DNA of 64,000 bases. It comes from an uncultured Gemmatimonadales bacterium. GTDB taxonomy: Bacteria > Gemmatimonadota > Gemmatimonadetes > Gemmatimonadales > Gemmatimonadaceae. Numbering within the stretch: position 1 is the first letter of the stretch; each line of letters starts with the position of its first letter. A program made the position numbers and the translations under genes. The stretch lies in NCBI GenBank assembly GCA_963701965.1, contig OY969695.1, forward strand, positions 1,280,001 through 1,344,000. Reading direction: 5' to 3'. Positions 56,845 through 64,000 of the stretch are shown here, piece after piece. The notes below the pieces were generated by a model. The model saw nothing but the letters and a program-made list of their open reading frames with translations, was not told where the DNA came from and did no database searches.

Positions 56845-58008
56845 ATGCCCCGCGCCCCCCGCCCACTCGGTCTGTCCACGATCGCCATCCACGGTGGCGC
56901 CGATAGCAGCGATGCAGGCGCGCTCTCGCCGGTCGTTACGCCGATCTATCAGTCGGTCAATTTCCTGCAGGAGTACGGGACCGCCGCGGGCATGCGGTAC
57001 CCGCGGTACGGGAACTCGCCGAACGCCGAGGTGGTCCAGCGGCGCCTGGCCGAGATCGAAGGCGCCGAAGCCGCGTTGCTGGCGGCGAGTGGGATGGGGG
57101 CGACCGCCGTCGCCCTGTTGGCCCTCCTTCGCCCCGGCGATCATCTCCTGGCCAGTACCTGGGTCTACGGCGGCACCTACGCGCTGCTCACCAAGGAATT
57201 CGACCGGGTCGGTATCGCGGTCACGCTCGTCGACCCCATGGAAAGCCGCGGCTGGCGGAAGCGGCTCCGCAAAGAGACCCGCGCGATCTTTCTGGAGTCC
57301 CCCGTCAATCCGACCTGCCGGGTGGTCGACTTGCGGCCGATCAGCCTCCTGACCAAAGAGCTCGGGTTGGCGTTGGTCGTCGACTCGACGTTCGCCAGCC
57401 CCGTCAACTTCCGGCCCATCGAACACGGCGCCGACGTCGTCATCCAGTCCACAACGAAGTTCCTCAACGGGCATCACGATGCCATGGGCGGCGTCGTCCT
57501 CGGGTCGGCGCCGGTGATCGAGGAAGCGCGCGAGAAGATGATGATCTGGGGGCAGGCCCCCGATCCGTTCGCCTGTTGGCTGTTGGAGCGCGGCCTCAAG
57601 ACGTTGGAGGTCCGCGTCCAGCGACAGAACGCCAGCGCCATGACCATCGCGGAGTGGGCATCGGCCCACCGGGACATCAAGCGCGTGCACTACCCCGGGC
57701 TGGCCTCGCACGAAGACCACGCCGTCGCCAAGCACCACATGGACGGATTCGGCGCGATGCTGGGGTTGGAGCTGTCGGGCGGCGGGCGCGCGGTCGACCG
57801 GTTCGTGCGCCGGCTGGCCCTGTGGCTGCACGCGCCCAGCTTGGGCGGCGTCGACTCGCTGGTGAGCGAGCCGCGTTTCTCGTCCCACACGCATTTGACG
57901 CCCGAGCGGCGCGCCGCGATGGGGATTCCGGACGGATTCGTCCGACTTTCCGTCGGCCTCGAAGCCGTTGAGGATCTCATCGCCGACCTGGATCAAGCGC
58001 TGCGATGA
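56845..58008 (+). CDS. Cys/Met metabolism PLP enzyme (cystathionine gamma-synthase/lyase family)
   Basis: TIAIHGG, PIYQS, YPRYGN, SGMGA, ESPVNP, VDSTFASP, STTKFLNGH, SLGGVDSL, RLSVGLE. Confidence 0.92.
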   Translation: MPRAPRPLGLSTIAIHGGADSSDAGALSPVVTPIYQSVNFLQEYGTAAGMRYPRYGNSPNAEVVQRRLAEIEGAEAALLAASGMGATAVALLALLRPGDHLLASTWVYGGTYALLTKEFDRVGIAVTLVDPMESRGWRKRLRKETRAIFLESPVNPTCRVVDLRPISLLTKELGLALVVDSTFASPVNFRPIEHGADVVIQSTTKFLNGHHDAMGGVVLGSAPVIEEAREKMMIWGQAPDPFACWLLERGLKTLEVRVQRQNASAMTIAEWASAHRDIKRVHYPGLASHEDHAVAKHHMDGFGAMLGLELSGGGRAVDRFVRRLALWLHAPSLGGVDSLVSEPRFSSHTHLTPERRAAMGIPDGFVRLSVGLEAVEDLIADLDQALR

Positions 58009-58691
58009 TCCGGCTGACGCACGTCTCGAAGGAATATCCGCGCACCGGCTTGGCCCTGAACGACGTCACGCTGCACGTCGCCAAGGGGGAGTTCGTTTTT
58101 CTTACGGGCCCCAGCGGGTCGGGCAAGAGCACGATGCTCCGCCTCGTGTACATGGATGAACGCCCCACGACGGGCGAAGTCCGGGTGAGCGGCACCAGCT
58201 CTTCGGAAGCACGCCGCGGAGACATCGCCCGGCTGCGCCGCCGGCTCGGGGTCGTGTTTCAGGACTTTCGGTTGCTCGACGACCGGACCGCCCACGCCAA
58301 CGTCGCGTTCGCGCTGGAAGTCACGGGCGCGCCGCGGGACACGATCCCGGGCAAAGTCAACCGGTTGCTGACGCAGGTCGGCCTCGCCTCCAAGGGCGCC
58401 GCCTATCCCAAGGAGCTGTCCGGCGGAGAGCAACAGCGCGTCGCCATCGCCCGCGCGCTGGTCAACGATCCGTTCGTGTTGATCGCCGACGAGCCGACGG
58501 GCAACCTCGATGACCGGGCCACGCGCGGCGTCTTCCAACTGCTGCGCGAGATCAACTCCGCCGGTACCGCGGTCATCATGGCCACGCACGATCTCGATCT
58601 CATCCGGCGGTCGGACTATCGCACCATCGAGATGCTGCAGGGACGCATCGTGTCGGACTCCGGCGGCGACGCGGAGATCGCGGTCTCGTGA
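58005..58691 (+). CDS. ftsE: Cell division ATP-binding protein FtsE
   Basis: [42 protein letters not shown]. Confidence 0.93.
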   Translation: MIRLTHVSKEYPRTGLALNDVTLHVAKGEFVFLTGPSGSGKSTMLRLVYMDERPTTGEVRVSGTSSSEARRGDIARLRRRLGVVFQDFRLLDDRTAHANVAFALEVTGAPRDTIPGKVNRLLTQVGLASKGAAYPKELSGGEQQRVAIARALVNDPFVLIADEPTGNLDDRATRGVFQLLREINSAGTAVIMATHDLDLIRRSDYRTIEMLQGRIVSDSGGDAEIAVS

Positions 58692-58698
58692 GGCGCCC

Positions 58699-59547
58699 GT
58701 GAGACTCGCTTTTCGCGAGGCGCTGATCGCCTTCCGCCGGGCGCCGCTGCTCAGCGTGCTGGGGATTCTCACCATCGCGTTCTCGCTGTTCGCGTTCGGG
58801 CTGTTCGGACTCGTGGCTCTCAACATTCGGGACGCGCTCCAGCGCACGGAAGAGCGGGTCGAGATCGCGGGATTCGTGACCGACGGCACGGCGCCGGAAG
58901 CCGTGGCCGCGGCCATGGGCGACATTGCGGCGTTTCCCGAAGTGGCCCACGTCGACTTCATCTCGCAAGACTCGGCCCTGGCCCGCGCCAAGAGCGAGCT
59001 GGGCGAGTTCGGGGACGTCTTCGAAGCGGGGGTGCTGCCGGCGTCGATCGAAGTGCGACTCAAACCGAACGCCCGCGACCCCAAGTCGGTCAAGACCGTG
59101 GCCGACCGCATCGCCACGTACTCGTTCATCGACGACGTGCGCTATGCCGAGGATTGGGTGAAGAAGCTCTATCAGATCCGGACGATCGCCACGGTGGTCG
59201 GGCTCGTGCTCGGCTTGGCGTTCGCCGCGGTGGCCGTCATCATCATTGGCGCGACGATCCGGATGGCCGTGCTGGCGCGCGGGCGGGAGATATCGATCAT
59301 GCGACTCGTCGGCGCTACTGATGCGTTTGTGCGGGCACCGTTTCTGATCGAGGGGTTTGTCAAAGGCATCCTGGGCGGTGCGCTGGCGCTCTTTCTGACC
59401 TGGCTGGCGGCGGCGCTCGTCTCCCAGTATTTCGTTCAGGCCGAGTTCTTCGGGTTCCGCGCCGCGGCGCTCGGCATCCTGTTCGGGGCCTTCCTCGGCC
59501 TCGCGGGCAGCGCGCTCTCCGTCGGGAGACATCTACGGCGCGTCTGA
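58699..59547 (+). CDS. ftsX: Cell division permease FtsX
   Basis: LPASIEV, IGATIRMAV..R.REISIMRLVGATDAFVRAPFLIEG. Confidence 0.93.
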   Translation: MRLAFREALIAFRRAPLLSVLGILTIAFSLFAFGLFGLVALNIRDALQRTEERVEIAGFVTDGTAPEAVAAAMGDIAAFPEVAHVDFISQDSALARAKSELGEFGDVFEAGVLPASIEVRLKPNARDPKSVKTVADRIATYSFIDDVRYAEDWVKKLYQIRTIATVVGLVLGLAFAAVAVIIIGATIRMAVLARGREISIMRLVGATDAFVRAPFLIEGFVKGILGGALALFLTWLAAALVSQYFVQAEFFGFRAAALGILFGAFLGLAGSALSVGRHLRRV

Positions 59548-60728
59548 GAGGGGTCTGCTTCGCCGTCGTGCTGGGCGCCAGCGTGGCCGGCGCCCAGCAA
59601 CCGACGGCCGATCAGCGCCTGCGAGCCGACCGCGCCGAGCTCGACTCGCTGCACGAAGAGCGCGCCGACCTGGAACACCGGATGGCCGAGCTCCGGAACA
59701 GCGTCCACGACCTGTCCGATGAGGTCGAGAATCTGGACCGCCAGGCCGTCCTCACGGCCCGTGCGGTGCGGGCGTTGGACGGCCAACTCGTCGCCATCGA
59801 GGTCGACATCGACGAAGTCACAGGGAATCTCGTGCGGGCCGAGGACGAGCTGGCCATCAAGCGGGCGATGCTCCGCCACCGGATCGTCGAGATCTACAAG
59901 GCAGGCCCGCGCCATACGACCGAGGTGCTGTTCGAGGCCGAGTCGTTCGCGCAGCTCATCGCGCGCTACAAGTATCTGCATCTCCTGGCGCTACGCGACC
60001 GCGCCCTGGTGTCCCGCGTGGAGACGCTCAAGGAACGGATCACCCAGCAGCGCCGGTCACTGGTCGCGCTCCAGACATCCGTGGAAGAGACGCGGAGCGA
60101 GAAGGCCAGCGAGGAAACGCGCCTGCGCGATCTCGAGGTCGAGCGCGCAGGCCGGTTGGCCCAGGCCAAGCGCGCGACCGCCGAGACCGCGGCGCGGTTG
60201 GCCGAGATCGCGAAGTCGGAGGCCCATTTGGGCTCCGTCATCAGCTCCATCGAGACGGCACGGAAAAAGGCGGAGGCCAAGGCCAACGCGCCGGCGGCTG
60301 CCGCCAGCACATTGACCACGCGGGATATCGGTCGCCTCGACTGGCCGGTGGAAGGGCGCATCCTGTATCGATTTGGACGGGTTGTAAACCCCAACAACAC
60401 CACGACGCGGTGGAACGGCATCGGCATCGGCGCCAATCTCGGGACGGCCGTGCGGGCCGTGGAATCCGGGCGCGTCGTCGTGGCCCAGGTGATCGGCACG
60501 TATGGCCTGACAGTGATCGTGCAGCATGGCGGCGGCGACTATTCCGTGTACGGATCGCTGAGCCGCGCCAATGTGAAAAAGGGACAGCACGTCGACAAGG
60601 GCGACCAGATCGGGTCCGTCGGGCGATCGGATCCCGAGCTGCCCGCGCACCTGCACTTCGAGATTCGGCGTGGACAAGGCGCCGCCGTCGATCCGCTGGA
60701 CTGGCTGCGCGGCGGGAAATCCCGATGA
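59544..60728 (+). CDS. envC: Murein hydrolase activator EnvC-like (coiled coil + degenerate M23); start probably CTG 59544, first canonical start GTG 59568
   Basis: Long coiled coil, LDWPVEG, WNGIGI (lacks HxxxD), HLHFEIR; follows ftsEX. Confidence 0.87.
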   Translation: MRGVCFAVVLGASVAGAQQPTADQRLRADRAELDSLHEERADLEHRMAELRNSVHDLSDEVENLDRQAVLTARAVRALDGQLVAIEVDIDEVTGNLVRAEDELAIKRAMLRHRIVEIYKAGPRHTTEVLFEAESFAQLIARYKYLHLLALRDRALVSRVETLKERITQQRRSLVALQTSVEETRSEKASEETRLRDLEVERAGRLAQAKRATAETAARLAEIAKSEAHLGSVISSIETARKKAEAKANAPAAAASTLTTRDIGRLDWPVEGRILYRFGRVVNPNNTTTRWNGIGIGANLGTAVRAVESGRVVVAQVIGTYGLTVIVQHGGGDYSVYGSLSRANVKKGQHVDKGDQIGSVGRSDPELPAHLHFEIRRGQGAAVDPLDWLRGGKSR

Positions 60729-60961
60729 CGCGGAAGGCGCGTCCAGCCCCGGCACGGGTAACCAAGCGTTGTCCGACCTGCGGGCGATTCCGGGTCTACG
60801 AAGCCGACGACCAGTTCTGTGTGTTGTGCGGCAGCGAGGGGCTGCTCGACCGGTGCGCCTGTGGGCGGGTGTTCGACTACGCGATCGCCGAAGAAGGGGA
60901 TCTGCACTGCCCCCGCTGCGGGCAGGTCGTCCGCGGTCGCACGCGTGAATTCGAGAGCTGA
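60725..60961 (+). CDS. Small double zinc-ribbon protein
   Basis: CPTCG, CVLCG, CACG, CPRCG; ATGA overlap with the envC stop. Confidence 0.78.
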   Translation: MTRKARPAPARVTKRCPTCGRFRVYEADDQFCVLCGSEGLLDRCACGRVFDYAIAEEGDLHCPRCGQVVRGRTREFES

Positions 60962-61012
60962 GCGGGTGCCGCGCTGGAATTTCCGGCGGAACGCCGGTAC
61001 CATAGACCGGGT

Positions 61013-61345
61013 ATGAGTCGCGTGTTCCGCCACCTGCTCGCCATTTTCGCCGTGTTCGGCCTGATCGCCATCGATCTGGCGCCGATTGCGGAGGCGTGGA
61101 GCGGGCCGGATGCGGCGGCACACGTCGAGCAGCGCGGCACACAGCTGCACTACGCCCACAACGAAGCCACCTGCCCCGCCTGCGTCACGCGCACCCTCGT
61201 GTCGCGTGGCGCGGCTTCCGCCGCGCCGGCGCCCGATGTGCGCGCCAGCGAGACGGCTTCCGTCATGCAAGTCGAGCGGCCGGCCCACTCCCAGGTCTCA
61301 CGGTCGAACGGATCACGAGCTCCGCCCCTGACGGCGTCGCGCTGA
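61013..61345 (+). CDS. DUF2946/CruR-like leader protein: signal/TM, His + CxxC, C-terminal RAPP
   Basis: MSRVFRHLLAIFAVFGLIAI...LHYAHNEATCPAC...GSRAPPLTASR*; 13 nt before the TolC-family gene. Confidence 0.78.
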   Translation: MSRVFRHLLAIFAVFGLIAIDLAPIAEAWSGPDAAAHVEQRGTQLHYAHNEATCPACVTRTLVSRGAASAAPAPDVRASETASVMQVERPAHSQVSRSNGSRAPPLTASR

Positions 61346-61358
61346 CCACTCTGGGACC

Positions 61359-62657
61359 ATGTCATCACAATTCAGGTGGGCGCTCTGCCTCGCGATTTTC
61401 GCGCGGGCAGCTTCGGCGCAACAACAGACACAGGATGCGAGCGCCAACGACACGCTGCGACTGACCCGGTCGCAGGCAGTGGCGATGGCCCTGGCGCACA
61501 ACCCGCAGATCGTCGTCGCGCGAGAGCAGATCGACGAGGCACGCGGGCAGCGCACGAGCACGTGGGCCATTCCGGACCCGCAGGGCTCCGCGCAGTACGT
61601 CCAGGAGAAAGGATTTCCGACCGGCAAACCGATCGGGGCGAGTATCGATATCCCCTTCCCCGACAAGTTCCGGCTGAACTACGCCATCGGCACCGCGGGC
61701 GTCAAATCGGCCGAGGCCAACTACGCGGGGCTCAAGCAGCAGATCGCGTCGCAGACGGCGCAAACGTACGACTCGCTGCGGGTTGCCCTCCGGCACCGAA
61801 GCGATCTCACGGAATCGCACGATCTCTCCGCCGACTTTCTCAAGAAGACGCAAGCGCGGTTCGAGGCCGGCACGGCCGCCAAACTCGACGTGATTCGCGC
61901 ACAGGTGGATGAGGCCAGTGCCCAGAACGACCTGATCGCCAACGGCCGCGAGATCGCCAACGCCCGCGCGTCGCTCAATCGCCTCCTGGGGCGTGGGTTG
62001 GGTCTCGGGGTCGAGGCGGCTGATACGCTCAATGTCCCGCTCCCGCTGCCGCCGTTGGATCCGATCGAGCAGAGCGCGCTCGCGGCGCGGCCCGAGTTGG
62101 CCGGGCTCCGCGCCGAACAGGCCGGCGCCCACGCCACGACGGTGTTGGCCCAAGAGTTCTGGCTACCGGACATCGTGGGCGGCGTGACGTGGGACCTGGG
62201 CGCGCCCGACGTGTCGTTTCCCAACCGATTCCCGATCTTCAACTACGGGCTCTCCGTGCCGATCCCGATCTTCTTCTGGCAGCATACCGGGGGCGACATT
62301 CGCGCGTCGCGCCACCACGAGCGCGAGCTCGAGGCCTCCTACCGCGATCTGCGGGCGTCGGTCGATCAGGACGTGCGCAACGCGTATTCGACGGCGGCCA
62401 CCGCGCTCCAACAGGCGGTGTTCATCCGCGACCAGTTGCTCCCGTCGGCCGAGGCGGCCTACAAAGTCGCGTCGGTGAGCTACGGACTCGGCGGCTCGTC
62501 GGCGCTCGACGTGCTGGGTGCGCGCCGCGATCTGGTGGCCGCCCAGGCGCAATACACGGACGCGCTGGCGGCCGCAAATCAGGCCCAGGCCGATCTGGAG
62601 CGCGCCGCGGCAGCGCCGCTGGCGCAATTTCGCACGGGAGGGTCCAGTGGACAGTAG
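61359..62657 (+). CDS. TolC/CzcC-family outer membrane efflux protein
   Basis: Signal peptide, LTRSQAVAMALAHNP, RFEAG...LDVIRAQV, GGSSALDVL. Confidence 0.92.
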   Translation: MSSQFRWALCLAIFARAASAQQQTQDASANDTLRLTRSQAVAMALAHNPQIVVAREQIDEARGQRTSTWAIPDPQGSAQYVQEKGFPTGKPIGASIDIPFPDKFRLNYAIGTAGVKSAEANYAGLKQQIASQTAQTYDSLRVALRHRSDLTESHDLSADFLKKTQARFEAGTAAKLDVIRAQVDEASAQNDLIANGREIANARASLNRLLGRGLGLGVEAADTLNVPLPLPPLDPIEQSALAARPELAGLRAEQAGAHATTVLAQEFWLPDIVGGVTWDLGAPDVSFPNRFPIFNYGLSVPIPIFFWQHTGGDIRASRHHERELEASYRDLRASVDQDVRNAYSTAATALQQAVFIRDQLLPSAEAAYKVASVSYGLGGSSALDVLGARRDLVAAQAQYTDALAAANQAQADLERAAAAPLAQFRTGGSSGQ

Positions 62658-63789
62658 GCCAGTGGCTTTTGCCGCCGTGGCGGCGCTTCTGCTCGGGGGA
62701 TGTCGGGGAGACTCCCAGAAGAGCTATGCGGCCACCGTGGCCAAGCCCCACACGTCGGCGTTCATCCTCACCGAAGAGCAGCGCGCCCGCATTCACACCG
62801 AGCCTGTCACCCCCTCAATGTTCCAGCCGACGGTGACGACCACGGGTACGGTGGCGTTCAACGGCGACCGCTCGACACCGGTGCTGTCGCAGATCTCGGG
62901 ACCCGTCACCCGCATTCTCGTCACGCAGGGCACGGTGGTGCACGAGGGCACGCCCCTGGCGACGGTCATCTCCCCGGACTTCGCCCAGGCGTTCGCGTCA
63001 TACCAGAAGGCCCAGACCGCGCTCCGCAACGCCGCGCGCATCGCCACGCTGGACACGAAGTTGTTCGCCAATGACGCGATCGCCAAGAGCGATCTCGATC
63101 AAGCGCGGGCCGACTCCGCATCGGCGGCGGCCGACCGCGACGCCGCCATCCAGCAGATGATCGCGTTCGGCGTCGATAGCGCCGCCATGCGGGGCATCGA
63201 GGAGGGCAAACCCGTGACGTCGCTCCCGGGCACGATCCGGGCGCCGATCGACGGCGTCGTGGTGGAGAAGTTGATCAACCCCGGGCAGGTGATAGAGGCC
63301 GGGCAGACCCAGTGCTTCACGATCGCCGACTTGTCGACCGTGTGGGTCATGGCCAACGTCTTCGAATCACAGTTGAACGCGGTCGAGAAAGGCGAGCCGG
63401 TCGAGGTCACCACCGACGCCTCGCCCGATTCGTTCCCGGGACGCGTCGACTATGTGGCGGCGATCGTGGACACTTCTACGCGTGCGACCGCGGTGCGGAT
63501 TCTCGTGCAGAACCATCGCCAGGCGTTGAAGCGCGACATGTATGTGCGGGTGGCGATCCGCTCCGATCGCGCGCTGCCGGGCATGCTGGTTCCGGTGTCG
63601 TCTGTGCTCCGCGACGAGGAAAACCTGCCGTTCGTGTTTGTGGCCGCGCCGGACGGGGGCTTCAACCGCCGGACGATCACGCTCGGACAGCGCGTCGGGG
63701 ACCGGTATGACGTGCCCTCGGGTCTCGCCGCGAACGACAAGGTGGTCACCGAAGGCGGGTTGTTCCTGCAGTTCGCCGAGAGCCAGTAA
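62647..63789 (+). CDS. RND periplasmic adaptor (CzcB/CusB-like) lipoprotein
   Basis: LGGC lipobox, IRAPIDGVV, IADLSTVWVMANVFE, VD..TR, GL...DKVVTEG. Confidence 0.92.
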   Translation: MDSRPVAFAAVAALLLGGCRGDSQKSYAATVAKPHTSAFILTEEQRARIHTEPVTPSMFQPTVTTTGTVAFNGDRSTPVLSQISGPVTRILVTQGTVVHEGTPLATVISPDFAQAFASYQKAQTALRNAARIATLDTKLFANDAIAKSDLDQARADSASAAADRDAAIQQMIAFGVDSAAMRGIEEGKPVTSLPGTIRAPIDGVVVEKLINPGQVIEAGQTQCFTIADLSTVWVMANVFESQLNAVEKGEPVEVTTDASPDSFPGRVDYVAAIVDTSTRATAVRILVQNHRQALKRDMYVRVAIRSDRALPGMLVPVSSVLRDEENLPFVFVAAPDGGFNRRTITLGQRVGDRYDVPSGLAANDKVVTEGGLFLQFAESQ

Positions 63790-64000
63790 TGATCAATCGG
63801 CTGGTCCGCGCCGCGCTCGCCGAACCGCTCCTCGTCTTCCTGATCTTCGCCGCGGTCACGGGCGTCGGCATCTGGTCGTTCACCCGATTGCCGGTCGACG
63901 CCTATCCGGACCTCTCGCCACCGATGGTCGAGGTGATCACGCAGTGGCCGGGGCGCGCCACCGAGGAAGTGGAGCGACTGATCACGGTGCCGGTCGAAGT
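63789..64000 (+). CDS. CusA/CzcA heavy-metal efflux RND permease (partial, runs off window)
   Basis: MINRLVRAAL...LPVDAYPDLSPPMVEVITQWPGRATEEVERLITVPVE. Confidence 0.9.
   Translation, partial: MINRLVRAALAEPLLVFLIFAAVTGVGIWSFTRLPVDAYPDLSPPMVEVITQWPGRATEEVERLITVPVE

Noticed and set aside
61289..61356. TCCCAG/CTGGGA pairing as an anti-SD switch for tolC
   Set aside because: Only 6 bp in GC-rich sequence; cannot be supported without folding and covariation analysis.
1..64000. Prophage, IS, integrase, defence island, tRNA/rRNA or riboswitch
   Set aside because: No such ORFs or recognisable RNA motifs seen, and intergenic regions are very short. A covariance-model search would be needed to exclude small RNAs.

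Overview
High-GC bacterial chromosomal window; gene content and order suggest Gemmatimonadota (inference, not tested). It is densely coding, with about 60 CDS. I found no rRNA, tRNA, CRISPR array or mobile element. The right half is mostly housekeeping: typA, a pilT-like ATPase, the DUF58-BatA-mfd-PPIase-surA-pdxA-M28 operon, and the lepA-waaF-ROK-PfkB-...-ftsEX-envC operon, ending in a heavy-metal RND efflux operon cut by the window edge. The left half is accessory. Most interesting items: (1) A sulfur-handling system in two operons flanking an actinobacterial-type (Sdh1) succinate dehydrogenase. One operon has a Tat-exported DsrE-like protein and a TauE transporter fused in frame to a TsdA-type diheme cytochrome c. 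The other lies downstream of a two-component system and encodes an exported sulfurtransferase, a split YeeE/YedE pair, a rhodanese whose only Cys is the last residue, and a MOCOS/ABA3-like desulfurase without a MOSC domain, followed by an MCP. (2) A CxxC+RAPP (CruR/DUF2946-like) putative ribosome-arrest leader upstream of the metal efflux RND. (3) An MFS-lactonase fusion divergent from exported RidA and DgaE/SelA-like genes. (4) A STAS-HATPase / STAS-wHTH partner-switch-like pair with no sigma factor nearby. (5) Recurrent TAnnnT boxes 5-6 nt before start codons (leaderless signature) and a probable CTG start for envC. Two frameshifts (about 25988 and 52780) look like indel errors, so fusion calls need read-level confirmation. 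All calls are by eye from motifs; no database searches were run.
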